DNA from: Utricularia gibba | Taxonomy: Eukaryota > Plantae > Magnoliophyta | Assembly (NCBI GenBank): GCA_002189035.1 | Contig: CM007990.1 | Coordinates: 3,410,001-3,474,000 of the forward strand | DNA: 64,000 nucleotides | Direction: 5' to 3' | Shown here: positions 1-15,900 of the stretch, piece by piece | How the letters are laid out: the number at the start of each line of letters is the position of its first letter | How positions within the stretch are numbered: position 1 is the stretch's first letter | Position numbers and translations under genes: made by a program | The notes under the pieces: model-generated | Seen by the model: only the letters and a program-made list of their open reading frames with translations | The model's database searches: none | What the model was told of the DNA's origin: nothing

Positions 1-400
1 GGTTATACACATTATGCTAGATTTTTATCCGACATAGAGGAGTTTAATACCACTTGAAGAAATGAGGTCTCGGTACACAAACTCTGCAAAATCCTAGAGA
101 ATTATATAATATGCGATATTCATATGAAAGAAATATTATTAGAAGGACATTGGACAATCTTACAAAGTCCTTCCTTCTATTGCTTAAAGACTTAAGCATT
201 AATTATCATTTTTTGTGCATTACTCCAAAATTTTATTCGGTTACATATATGTGTTGATCCTTTAGAGGAAGAGATAGGATTGGATCATGAAGATAGTGAT
301 GACAATAATGCTTTGGATGATGAATTTATAGATGGTGTAAAGACAAGCCAAGAAGTGACAAATTGGTGAGATAATCTTACTTAAGAAATGTGGGTAAAGG
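1..400 (+). pseudogene. Harbinger DDE transposase C-terminal remnant
   Basis: Broken frames give RNII-RTL, IIIFCALLQNFIR, an acidic tract and W*DNLT*EMW. These match the LFN..H..LRN.IER.FG / ACA.LHNFIR / WRD.LA..MW end of plant PIF transposases. Confidence 0.7.
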
Positions 401-807
401 TATACTTGGATATGACCTATGTTGTTGTACTTTTATTGGTGTTTGATATTTTGAGGTCAAGAGGATGATCCATCTCATTCTTAATGATAAAGGTCTTTAA
501 TGAATATGATGTTATCATGATAGTTTCTTTTTAGTATACATGTTGTATTTATTTTATATACATAATTGTTACTGCTTTGCTCTTGGCCTTGTTTTTTGAG
601 TTTAGTCATGACTATATGTTCAACTTGTTGTAGATGTTCGTCCTTTTTTTGTTACTTTGAACCTCTTTTAGTAACATATCTTTGTTATCCAAAGTAGAGA
701 ATTTCGTATCACTTGATAGTAAAGCTATGCCTCATTTTTGTAGTGCAGATTGCTAAAGTGTAGATCTAAGATCATGTCTGTATCTATTCTGCACCTTTTT
801 GTGTTGC

Positions 808-2013
808 TTATTTGAATCTCTTCAGATTTTCAAAATTTTGAGTTTCATCCAAAATTAATTTCATTATTATGACAGTATATCCCAATTTCCAAGAGCCAAA
901 ATTAACAAAAGAGTAAACTGAAAATGTACTCCAATTAACTAGTTTCTGTGTAAACATGGGAACATGAATATAATGCAAATTTGAACTTCTCATGGGATGA
1001 TTAGTCATAATTATTTCTCCAGCTCTAATCAAATCTGCATCACTCAAGTCTGGAAGTGGCAAGGAAAATATAAGATCAGCAACATGATCATTTCTCTTCA
1101 TCTTCAATGTACCATGACCAAGTTTATTGGCAAGACGATCAATAGCAGCATCATTCGTGTTGTCAGTTAACTTTTCCATGTAAGTTGCCATATCAATGTC
1201 ATTTAAAGCCACATTTTTTCACTTAATTGGTAGCTTGATCTTTGACACAAAGATGCTTGAAGAGACACCATCATTAAATTCTTCAAATGATGTCTTTAAA
1301 GAAAGAGACTCATTCAGTTCAGGACTAAGAGAAATGCTTTCATTAACTTGTTCTAGAACTTCATTTGCAAATTCTCTGCAACCTACTCCAAATTCGCCAG
1401 TCACCCTATCTCATTCAAAAATCTCTTCCCAATCAAGGTAAAGTGGGAATAGCTTAAACCTCAATGTTCAAACTCTTGAATCATTCTAAAAAAAATATCA
1501 CCATATCAAATAAAGCTAAAGTGAAGACATAGATACAATTTAATTCCACTTAATGATAGATGATAGCAACACATAAGATCAAATGCAAAAGTGAAATTGT
1601 TGTTATTCATCCCCTTTTAAAATGAATAAAGTGTCAATATGATGAGTAACAAACTAACAATCTTGGTTCCAAACTCACACCATGTTTCCGGTGCTGCATC
1701 AATCATTAAAATTGTGGCGTTCCAACCAACTCTGAAAAGTATGAGCACATCCAAAATCAAAGAGTACATTTTTTTTCCATGTTTTAGATTTTGAATCAAT
1801 ATTTGGAAATGCTTTAAGATCAATCCCAGGCAATATTTTTACCACTTCAGTCTAGAGTATCTTGAAATAACCAGGGTGAAATCAATTCAGCAATCGCTAT
1901 CCAAGCACATTTTGTGTCATTTTTTTCAATAGATCTGTTATTGCTTCTGCTTTGTTCCTTTCTTTGGAGTAGTTGATATTTTTTTTACCCTTCTTTTGAT
2001 GCCTTGTATCCAT
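808..2013 (-). pseudogene. Harbinger ORF2, Myb/SANT-like DNA-binding protein, fragmented
   Basis: Pieces read KILPGIDLKAFPNIDSKSKTWKKMYSLILDVL..VGWNATILMIDAAPETW and DWEEIF..DRVTGE, followed by ORFs 1219-1404 and 808-1212. This is typical of the plant Myb/SANT-like ORF (LPG..LKA.PHI.SR.K.WK..Y; ..IFGKDRATG). Confidence 0.75.
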
Positions 2014-2352
2014 GAGTTTCAAGAAGAATCTATATCAAGATGTGAAATATGTGAGTCATTCAAAAACTAGAATGTGAAAATAAATAGGTCATGAAAGAGC
2101 TTTTTGATATAATAGCTAAAAGAGATGTTTATGAAAAAATAGGAGGCAAAATTAATTATTGGAAAGGTAAAATAGGTAAAAGAGTTTTTTGATATAATTA
2201 TACTAATCTATTAAACAAACATTATAAACCAGGGTTTAAATAAATACCACTATCAAACTCATTTTTATCTAAATTGGAAGAAATTTAAACTCAACTTTGA
2301 ACCTTAATAATTCTAACCCTTATTAATCTAGATTTCCTACCAAATGTGCCCC

Positions 2353-3100
2353 AAGTCTCACATAACTGAATGAAAAGATCTTATTTAGGTCAAGAAGTTT
2401 TAATTTGATATACCAACTTATGAATCAAAGTGAGGGGTTTCAAATTCAAAAGCTTAAATTACATTCTACACATCTAGGTTAAAACTATTGCATGCGCACC
2501 TTGCATGAAAATACACTCTGCCAAGAGGTGGATTCATAAAGACTTTCAAGATTGATCTTGCAGAATAATTATTTGAGGTATTATCAAGTGCTATACAAAA
2601 TACATGATCCACTATACCAAATTCAAGATATACACAAGTAATTAAAGAAGCTATCTGTGCATCGATGCAAAGGGATTTCAATGGCCTAAATGTCAAAATC
2701 CTTTTTTTCCATCATCCATTTTTAATCAATCAATGAAGCAGTAATAACGTGTATATTATAGAAGTAAATAATGAAATAAACATGTTTTTTTTCATTAAAT
2801 TGACCAAAGGCTAATTGCTTTTTTTCTTATAAAAGGAACAAAAGAAGTCTACATTTTCTTATATAAAGCAAATTCAGGTAAGGATTTTCACTATCATTAA
2901 AATGCTTTTCACTAGCAATAATTAAAAAAATTTGGAGTAGAAGAAGTATTAAAGGAACCTTATACCACCACATCCAACATTGATTGTCTGAAATCACAAG
3001 GGAACTTATCCTTATTTTTTTATATGATACAAGAAATTGGTAATAGGCTCCAAAGTACCATATTAATAACAAGTTTAACAATATTTGGTACACTTATTTT
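2353..3100 (-). pseudogene. hAT (Ricesleeper/Ac-like) transposase remnant
   Basis: ORF 2466-2696 has IASLITCVYLEFGIVDHVFCIALDNTSNN and YFHARCACNSFNLDV, matching the hAT motifs TLDNASNN and FHVRCCAHILNLIV. Confidence 0.75.
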
Positions 3101-5494
3101 TTCCTAATCATAGTTAAAATGATCATGACAAATAGATTTTTTCGGCATAAGAATAACCTTTAGGGTGATTTTTATAATTAAAATTTTTGATTAATCTAAT
3201 ACTTCAATAAGTTAATTTTGTGAAACAATCTATCATTTGATTCATCCATATATTTCAAAAACTTAATTTTTTTAAAAATTGAAATGTAAAAAAAATTATG
3301 TTAATATCTTAAAGAACCTCAACAATATAATAAAATAAAATTTAATAATCAAGCTGCATAAAATAACACACAACAACAATAAAAATTCACAAATTTATGA
3401 AAATCCAAATAACGAACACGCAGCTTGCAAAATATTAGACAAACTCCAAAGCCTTAATGCTAGAAACCCCATTGTAACAATTAAAGAATTGGAATTTAGT
3501 CAAGTATGAAATACAAGAAAAAAATTTATAGAATTGAAAAGAAAATACAAAGAATTAAACATAAGAAATTGATGATGAAATTTTTCAATGAACAATCAAG
3601 ACGAAGAACACTTGAATGAATAAGTCACAAGAAACAAGAGTTGCGATGGTCTAGGGTTATGGATAAAAATTTTTTTCCCCAAAACAAAATTCGAACAAGG
3701 GCTCATTTATAGTAAGGTTTTCTTGTTGTTGATTCCTAGGTATAGCACGTATTTCCTTATGTTCTTTTAGTTAGAAAAACTTGAAAAGATATTTTAATAA
3801 GGTCTCTTTAACTTCTATGTTCACTTAAAAATTAAAAGTTACAAGTTGACTCGAGTTAAATTGGAATAAAAAATAATTGATTCAACTCTCCAAATTAAGT
3901 TAACATGTGAGTTACTAGAGTGGGGTCATACTTATGCCCACAACTTACTAAAATTAATATGAAAATATATATTCTTAGATTTTAATATGCATGTTTTAGA
4001 ATATTGGATAAGAGAAGTTTTCTTAAATTAGTGATTATGATAAAAGATACTTTAAGTATTCTAATAACAATAGTTGCTTTAGTAATTATGTTTAGCATTG
4101 GAGATTATATTTTGAGCAAGTATAGAAGTAATTATTTTTTATAGAATGCAATCTCTTATTTATACACAGAATTGGATGCATGGATTCAAATAATTCGAAT
4201 TGCTTAAATAATCTATAATGAGTAATATTTATTATATTATTCATTATAAGTGTTATATTGAATTTAGCAATGCATTGTGATTTCATTTCTTTTATCAATA
4301 TGGATGAAGTTATGGAAATGAAAGGAATGAAAAAACTTACAAGATTCAAGTGATACTTAATATCTTGATTTAATATTACAGTTTCTTTTTGTATTTTTAA
4401 ATAATTTTAATTCACTTTGCATTTATGACATTATTTTTGGATAAATAATGAGAATTGATACAAGTTGTACGGTAATTTGAAATTAGTTGTATTAATCATT
4501 TGGTTAATATTTATATTTGTAATTACGTTCATAATTTTATACTATAATTTTTTTAGGAAAAAAAGGTCTATTTTCAATGTACGATAAGACTAATCCAACT
4601 AGCATTATTTTATTTAAATTCATTTGTAAGTTGAAAAAACATAATGGAAGTTTTCCTCCTAATACAAAACCAAATCTTTTTTATTTTAAATTCATTTTTT
4701 TGTTATTATTTTAAATTAATCCTTTATAAGTACTATTGGACATGATGTGACTCGCTTTTATAAGGTGATTTTTGCCGGTTCTTTTCTACGGTCTTTGTTT
4801 CAGCTAACCACAGGGCAACCTGTCTGGTATCAGACAAAGCATAAGAGCCTAGATGGTCCCGAGGTAGTTAGGTTTCTTTTGTCAAGGAACTGAAGCTACT
4901 GCGCACTTGGTGGGGCAAATGCACTGACTGGTGTGTGTATTCTTCTTCGCTGTCAACGTATTTGAAAATATTGCTTGCTCAAAACTCGAAATCGAGACCA
5001 GTATCATGCTCTTGTCTGTAGTTACGCTGTCCTCCAAATGATTCCGGAACGAGGTGTCCATCGTGCTGGACAGATTTCCGAAGTAAATAGGATTTCAGAA
5101 CCATCCCATGCAAACGCGCACCAAGTTCTTCATTTGTGGAATGTTGACCGAGTCACGGCAACACACAGAGGCGTTTGGTATCTTCATCACGAGGAGAATG
5201 TTTTCCACAGGGACTTTTGAGCCTTCGAATGCCCAATGGAACTGCACACACATTCTTCACTGCATTCCGAAATGCATTATAAAAGTAACGACAGAGTTTG
5301 GTGAAGAATGCCAACTGATAGCGTAACAGAGGTCGCGAAACATCCGAACTCTGCTCAAAACATCATTTGGAATATTAAGAGAGATGGGACACGGTGTACG
5401 TATCAGGGGACACGGCAAAGCAGACTATCTTACAATAGAGACTATATTTAAAACCAGAAGTGATTACCGGATCCAGATGGGGAAAAAATGGCAA

Positions 5495-8330
<2,836 letters not shown>

Positions 8331-8560
8331 TTAAGAAAACAGAGAAACAGGTGTTTTTTTTCACAACTTGTCCTTCCCCCACCCCAACGTAGTCAACAAA
8401 AATATTCAACGGCAATCACACCCCAGATAAGAATTCGGGAAATCAAGAGAGCTCCCCTAACCATCTTGGGATCTAGAAGGCTGTCGATTGTAACGGCATC
8501 AGGGAAGAGGGAAAAGCTAGGTCAAGAAATCGGGGAAGGAATTAATTGTTTATTATTGGG

Positions 8561-8626
8561 CGCGTGAGCCAGAAGATAATTGGATGCATGGGAGCGCGCG
8601 GGCCGTGTAACCCACGCGTGCACGCG
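8561..8626 (-). promoter_or_regulatory. CGCG-box cluster in the CK1 proximal promoter/5' region
   Basis: CGCG cores at 8561, 8595/8597, 8615 and 8623, 230-300 bp upstream of the ATG. vCGCGb is the known CAMTA-binding motif. Function is inferred only. Confidence 0.4.
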
Positions 8627-8691
8627 AGAAAGTGGACGGACGGTTTGCGCTAGACAAAACTACGGGCCGACCGGGTCCGTATTTGGCCATG

Positions 8692-11587
8692 CAGAGCATG
8701 ACGATTGACGACGTGATTCATGACCCGAGCAGGAATGGGTAAAAAATTCGACCCAAGGGTTGGATTTTTAGTGGAAAAAGAGTGGGTATAGATTTTAAAA
8801 TCTTAAACGCTTGCTGAGGAATTTTCATGAATTGAAAAGAACATAATATAGGATCACATGATGAGTAACTTTATTAAAAATTCATATATTTTTTTATTAT
8901 CATATTTTATGTTCCACTTTTGATTCCAATTTCATTTTCTCTAAAAAAGTAGATGACGTTCTAAAATAAAAACTAAGTTGGAGGGAGCTTGTGATTTAAA
9001 TTGGTAAGTTGAGGATTTTGAAGATTGAAGAATTTGGTTATCATAAATAACTATCATAGTACGCATATTTATTTTCTTTTTCAATTTCATGCCTCCTTAC
9101 CTATTACTTGCTTGTGAACGAGGTTTTGGAGGTTAAGATAATAATTATTATTGTTTGCTCTTTGGTGGGTTAGGTCATTAGATCCATTCATTAAAAAACC
9201 CAAATGTATAATCATTGGAATATAGAATGAGCTTCTTCTTCTTGGCTCATGGCTCTTTATATTTTTGTATTAATTTAATATTTTTTTTCAAATCTCTTCT
9301 TGTGTCCATTGTTTTGTTTTTATTTTCAGTGGTATAATTTCAAATGAAGAAAATTCTACCATTAGTATAAATATTCAATGTCCTAAAAATATAACAAAAT
9401 CTGCAACTCCTTCAACAAATAATCAAGATATAGTGCAAAATGATGGATATGATCATTCAAAATTGACATCCTATGTTTGGCATCATCTCAAAAAGGCACA
9501 AATTGATAAATAGTGGAAAGCAATATACAATTAATGCTTATCACCACTTGTTTCAGAACCAAAGAGTAGAACTTCATACTGGAAGCAATATTTTCAAAAG
9601 TGTAAAAAACATGATAATCAATCAGATATTCATCAAATAATGCTTAGAGTAAAACAAAGAAAATAGATGGTAAAACAATGGTGACTTATTTTATATTTGA
9701 TCAGGAAATTTCTATAAAAAAGTTAGTTAAGATAATTATCTTATATAAGTATTCACTTTTCATGGTTTATCATGAAGGGTTCAGAAATTTGTAGCAAGTT
9801 TACAGGCTTTATTCAAGATGCTAAGTTAGAAAACTCTTTATAAAGATATTCAAAACATGTACAAGAGTTGATGCTATGAGTATTTTGGAAGTAGGTGGAG
9901 GAAGATATGTGATGTTTCAGAGTTGGTGTTTATGTCCATATGTGATGTGTGGTTTATATTTTAAATCTCATTGTTCAAGATTCCATGACAATTATTGGGA
10001 GATAAAATGAAAAAAAAATCATGAAGGTGTAGCATTTTGGTCATCAACACAAAAAAAAGAAGAAATTTGAAGACACAACATATAATTTGAAAATATCACC
10101 ATCTAGGAAAATATTTTTAAATGTAAAAACTCGATGGAATTCAATATTCCTCATACTTGAAAGTGTCATTCCCTACAATAAAGTTTTCTATAGTTTGTAA
10201 CAAAGAAAGTCAAAGTATAAAGTTAGGTTATTGGAAGAAGATTGGATGTTTGCTTCTATATTATGTGAGAATTTGAGAATTTTTTATTAGGTTACAAAAT
10301 TATTTTTAGATACCTATATCTTTTTAAAATTATTTTTTAAAAATTTTATGTACTCATGATTTATAGATTTAACATTGAATAAATTTTTGTAGGGACATGT
10401 TATCCTATTACAAATTTATTCTTCTCCAATTATGTTAAATCAAATTGACCTTAAACAAATGGATTAATGATCCAAATGAGTCGATAAGGGATATGAAAAG
10501 TAAACTGTTTGATAAGTTTATGAAATATTGGAATATCATTCCTAGTATTATATGAGTTGCTGTCAGTTGGGCACTAGACATAAATTATATCTTTTAAAAT
10601 TTTATTATGAGAAGTTTTATGGTTGGGAGATTAGTAGTCATGCTGAGAAAATTTGAACATTTGCTGAAGAATGTTGTTGGAGTATCAAAAACCAGGAAAA
10701 TACAAATAAAATTTTTTCATCAACTCGAGAATTTGGTTTTAGTGTTGCTTCATATATGCAGTCTTATATTGACTTTGTTAACTGTAAAAAAAAGCAAGAA
10801 ATATAACTGCAAGTCAGAGTAAAATTACTACTTGAATGATGAAAATTTCGATATATTGGATTTTTGGAAAACAAATGGAGTAAAATATTCAACTCTTCAA
10901 AAAATTACAAGAGATATATTAGGTATCCCTATTATCTCAGTGGACTCTGAATCAATTTATCATAGGAGGTCGGATCATTGATCCACATCGAAATAGATTG
11001 CATTCACCTCTAGTTGAAGCTTTTGTTTATTTAATAAATTGGATATCCAATGAAAAAGGTAATACACTATTTATTATCAATATTTATTTCATACTTTAAT
11101 TATGATTGGATCACTTAATTTCAGAATTTATGGCCATATTAAATCCATTTGTAACATTTTTGACGACAAAGAGACTGTAAAGTCCAGAGAAGAAGAAGAA
11201 GAAGAAATGTAAAACTTTTTTGCATTAACTTCAAACCTTTATGAATAGACTCTTTCTAATCAAACTTTTGGTATGTTAATTGTTAGATTTTGCATGATTT
11301 TGAAGAGAGATAGGGAGGTTGTAAAACTTTTGGCTCTAGAGAGCACATCTGTCAAGTCAATAATAATTCCATTATATTGTGAAATCACTTACTCACATTT
11401 TTATTTTGATAGAAGAGATAGTGTGATGGATACCCATAGTAAGGCCGATTACTCAATTGATCGGGTATGAATTTAAAACTTAAAACCCATTAGAGGGAAG
11501 GATTGGGTTTGGATTTGGATTGAAAAACAGTGGGGCAGGTATAGGTTTGATAAAACCAGGGCTAAACCCACCTCACACACCATCCTG
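8692..11587 (+). mobile_element. Decayed hAT element with BED finger, catalytic core and hATC domain
   Basis: BED: KLTSYVWHHLKK..WKAIYN*CL (~9460). Core: LNVKTRWNSIFLILES (~10120). hATC: FDILDFWKTNGVKYSTLQKITRDILGIPIISVDSES..GGRIIDPHRNRL (~10850-11010). GGGT/ACCC-rich subterminal tracts at both ends. The right end CATCCTG at 11581-11587 is TIR-like. The left boundary is approximate and no 8-bp TSD was found. Confidence 0.8.
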
Positions 11588-11639
11588 CCAGTAGTATAAA
11601 AAATAAAAGCTACAGAGAAATAGCTTGAATTTCATCTAG

Positions 11640-12030
11640 AATGGCCCATCTCTCTAGAGGGTAGGTGCTGATTAGACTATTTGAAAATGTGTTTTAAAAG
11701 ATGAATTGCACTCTATATTTCCCATTGCTATGAGTTGTCTTGTACAGGGCATTATGGTATCAAAATCACTATAAAGAAAGCTCTGGAAGTTGGTTTCTAT
11801 TGGCCTACAATATTTAATGATGTTTATGTACATTGTAAGACATGCTCAAATTGCCAAAAGGAAGGAGGTTTAGGATACAAGGATCAAATGCCCCTTCAAC
11901 CTATTATTATGTGTGAAATTTTTTTATGTGTGGAGACTTCATGGCACCCTTCCCTTCATTCAAAGGGAAACTCTACACTCTCCTCATTGTGGATTACATC
12001 TCACAATGGATGGAAGCTATGGCTTGCGAA
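11640..12030 (+). pseudogene. Ty3/gypsy (Athila-type) integrase N-terminal fragment
   Basis: GHYGIKITIKKALEVGFYWPTIFNDVYVHCKTCSNCQKEG..QMPLQPIIMCEIF, then a frameshifted FMAPFPSFKG..LIVDYISQWMEA (zinc finger plus start of the rve core). Confidence 0.85.
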
Positions 12031-12117
12031 AAAGATAATGTCATGGATTATGCTTTTAGGAAGCTATGACTTACAAAAAAGAAGAGATTCAATTATGTTA
12101 TGGGTGAAATTGGTATC

Positions 12118-12620
12118 CGGTAGGGGGCCGATTTAAGGTGATGGGTGTGGTCGGGAGTGCCACACTTAGTCACGTTCTTCACGGTTGGTTCGATTGAAAT
12201 AAGAGTGGGTAAGGGTTTTTTTACGTGGAAACCGCCGTAAAGCGGAAAAACCACGGAGCTGCCGGAGCTCGCCGGAAAAGAGTTTTACTAGATGGGGGTT
12301 GCGAAGAGGAGAATACAAATTGAAGAAATCCTTTCTGTCCAACCTGCTTTTCATCGTAATTCCTTCTATTTATAGGAGAGCTCAACCTGATCGAACCCTG
12401 GCATCTGCAAATAACGGTTGCTTCCTGCTCCTGCTATACGATCTTGTTATCGCAGATTTCTATATGAGTCTTTCATACGATTGCTTTTCAGACTGTGTCG
12501 TCTAGCTACTCCTGTCAGATTTCTGACAGATATTGATCTGTCGACTGGCGTTATCCCCTCAGGATCTCTTTTGGCAGCCTTTTAGGAACCAATTATCCTT
12601 GACCGATTTATCCCCTATCA
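12118..12620 (-). mobile_element. Probable ~500 bp solo LTR (Tat-like)
   Basis: A GC-richer block with near-inverted termini (cggtagggg ... cccctatca) and CTATAAATAG on the minus strand (~12367-12376). No TSD found, and the lineage is tentative. Confidence 0.45.
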
Positions 12621-12628
12621 AATTATGT

Positions 12629-12830
12629 TTAATATTGTTCGATTTCCATTTCCAAAAACTCTATTTTTTTAACATTTTTACTTATTACCAAGGCTATATG
12701 AATGCTAACTTCTTTATAGAATTTATGAAAGTTATTTAGGGTAAACTCATTACCATGATTTGTCCTTAAAGCTTGAACTAACACATTACTCTGTGATATC
12801 GATGTTTTCAAATTGGTAAACCTATTACAA
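12629..12830 (-). pseudogene. Ty1/copia integrase core fragment
   Basis: LVQALRTNHGNEFTLNNFHKFYKEVSI resembles the copia motif IKALRTDNGGEFTSNEF..FC.E.GI. Confidence 0.65.
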
Positions 12831-12920
12831 AGTTCTTCCTTCTCAATAGAATCATGTTGCTATAGTTATTGTAACCATACCTCATGTTGGATCCCTCAAT
12901 CCTTCCCATTTCTTGCCTAT

Positions 12921-15900
12921 TGATGGTGATTCTACAAGTGAACAAAAACCGTCGAAGTAATAAAATAAGATCGTATCCACAGGGAATTTTTATTGCAATA
13001 TTCTTTTCAAAACAAAGACTAAAAAAGATTGAGAGCAAAAGAAAGATTTGGTTTTTGAAAACAATAAGAAAAGCGGCCTCTAATCTAAGATTCACCTTAC
13101 TTGAAACTCGCCCTTGCGTGTGTGCAAACCTTGAGAACTGACCTGCTTGCGCAAGCTTTGGGAGTGTTATGTTAAAATAGTGCTACTCGGTGACCGTTAT
13201 AGAACCGTCCCTTGTTTTGTGGGATTATGGAATCAACCACGCCACCAGAGCCATTTCACCTCTTGTGATAACCCATGTTTTCCCCACACCCACATCTAAC
13301 CCCTACAGCTCACACCTCACAAACAGATTAGATAAAATGTGCCTTACCAACGATATCCGATTGAGCCCTTCTCCTTAGGTGCTTGAAGCCAACCTTTGAT
13401 TCTCCCACACTCCCTTAGGGCTATATGGTATTAAAGATCACGCTGGTAAAGAAAACGTTACGAAAAACAGAATCAAACCTCAAATTATATGTCAAAAAAC
13501 ATAGTAAGACAGTCCAACGCACAGAACTTGCGCAAGCAAGGCTTCACAGCAGATCCTCAGCCGCAAGCACTCACACGCGCATGCTAGACTCTAAACAATA
13601 AAAGTTGAGGAAAAACAAATGAAAGGAATCCAAAACATGCTAGACTCGACTCTAAACCCTAATTTGACTCTCTGGTCGTCCACCACTTGACCCCCTTTGA
13701 TATTCGCGTTTGGATCTTTATATAATGGTGGGGACTTGTCGGGCTTTTTTGATGGGCTCACATAAAATCTTCTATCCGAATCTTCTAAGATTTGATACAA
13801 ATCTTCTAGGATAAGATCCAACTTTTCTAAGATAAGATACAAATCTTATCTTATTCGAGAATCTTTGACCGAGTTTTCATCCGGATAAACCAAATCTTAG
13901 CCTCTATCAAAGTAGCTCGAAAATCCACCAAATTATGCCAAAATTATCTTGAAAAATCACAAAACGCACTTTCCCTCCAAAAAGATCAAAGTGGTATGAA
14001 AGATATAAAATTCTTCTAACAACATAGGGAAAGTGGGATAAAAAGAATGCAAAACCCATCTAAGTGAATCCTAAAAAGCATAAATATAAGTGACACAAAA
14101 TCACTTATCAACTCCCTCACACTTAAATGTTTGCTTGTCCTCAAGCAATTGTTCAAGGCATTTTCCTTCAAAATAGTAACTTGCAAATAGAGTTAAGGCA
14201 ACAATATGCATAAGTTGTTCAATGGCATACCATACACTAGCTCCCCCTTGCACGTGGCCACTCCTCGAAGGTGTCACTCAATACGCTCAAGAAAAGAAAT
14301 CCATACGAGGAGGGTAAAATGGAAAAGGTTCGCTCAATACCTGAATGTAGGCGAGCCAGCAAACTTGCGCAAGTGATCTATTGGTTTCAGCAAGCTTGTG
14401 CAATCATGAGGTCTTTTTCTCGGGTTGTAGCACGGCAGGAGCTTGGGATAGGTGTGAAATTCGGCTGGAGGCTCCAATTCATGGGTAATAAGGAGTGAGC
14501 ATCCATCAAACAGTTCTGCCATGCTTGTCCCTTGATTTTCATGCTCCAAGAAACTCCTTTTCTTTCAGTTTTGTGGCTTGTTCCAACCTTTCAGCCTCTT
14601 TTCTCTCTTCTTCTCATCTTCTTCTTCTCTTTTTCTTTTTTTTTCTTCTTTTTTTCTTTTAAAATCAACTCTCTTTTGGACAGGATGTTATTAAAAATCC
14701 TTTCATAAATTGTTGAGATAGAGCTTGACCAGTGAATTGGAAATTACTCTAAACTTTTCTTCTTTGTAATAGAGCTCGCAACTTGCGCAAGCAAACGAAT
14801 AGAACTATTTTTCAGATGCTCATTCCTTGGGTCAAGAGAAATTGATGTAGGCTATAATTGTCAAAACGGATTTGGCTTGTGGTGATCCAAATAAAAGGTT
14901 TCAGGCCAAGCGGGGCTCACTAGGTGGATTCAAGGTGGGATATTGGGATAAAACAAGGTAAATCTTAGTGCCTCAATCCTTTTGCAGAAGACCTGTAGAA
15001 TAACTCAGCAGTATACACAAGAACAAGTCTATGATCATTCTGCATTCAAGTCACTCATAATGAAAAGAAAATGGTCTTCTCGCCAAAAAACTAGGGCTAT
15101 GTAGCTTGCGCAAGGGACAAAAAGTAAACAACATGCAAAGAAACAACATAGCAACATGCATACCAAAATTCTAATTTACAGCAACTATCTCGAAAAAATA
15201 ATACCAAAAACAGATGCCTAGGTTCCAGCAAAACATAAAATGCAAGAAGTTGATCAATGAAATATATGCCAAATTTCAAAATTTTTTTTTAAACAATCTA
15301 AAAAAGTAGACTATTCCCCCCCCCCCCCCACACTTAAATGACATCTTGTCCTCAAGATGGGCAAAAACACTTACCTTTCGTCAGGTGCTCTGATGTATCT
15401 AATAGTGTGGAATTTTTCTTCACAAGTATACATTGCACATGTGCTTATTGAAGAGAAAGAAGAAAAGAAAAACAATGCAAGAAAAAATGGAAAATAAAAT
15501 AACTAAGAGAGAAATCACTTGTTTTTGTAATGGCAACAATTAAACCATAGATGCTTTCTCATCAAGGTGAGGGGTGGTTAGAGAGGTCCACTGGAACATG
15601 CAATGTGTCCATGGAAGATTTTACCCCTTCATGAAATCGTTTCAATCTCTGAATATTTACCGTGAATTCTCCATGATCAGGATGAGTGATGAGGATTGCT
15701 CCACTGGGGTAGTTTTTCTTGATGGTGTATGGTCCACGCCATCTGGACTTGAGTTTTCCTGGAAATAAATGAAAACGAGAATTAAATAACAAAACTGGGT
15801 CACCTTCTGCCAGGTCCTTCTTGCGCAAATGACTGTCGTGCCAAGCCTTCGTTTGCTCCTTATATAGTTCTGCATTTTCGTAGGCACTCATCCTTAGTTC

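Larger units (their letters stand above)
1..2352. mobile_element. PIF/Harbinger DNA transposon, right part (left end outside window)
   Basis: Transposase C-terminus (+) and Myb/SANT-like ORF (-) lie tail-to-tail. 2336-2352 reads GGGGCACATTTGGTAGG on the minus strand, resembling Harbinger TIRs. The following CAA is an imperfect TAA/TTA target site. Confidence 0.65.

Noticed and set aside
4975-5326. Short plus-strand ORFs
   Set aside because: They are antisense to the probable CK1 3' UTR and show no recognisable motif.
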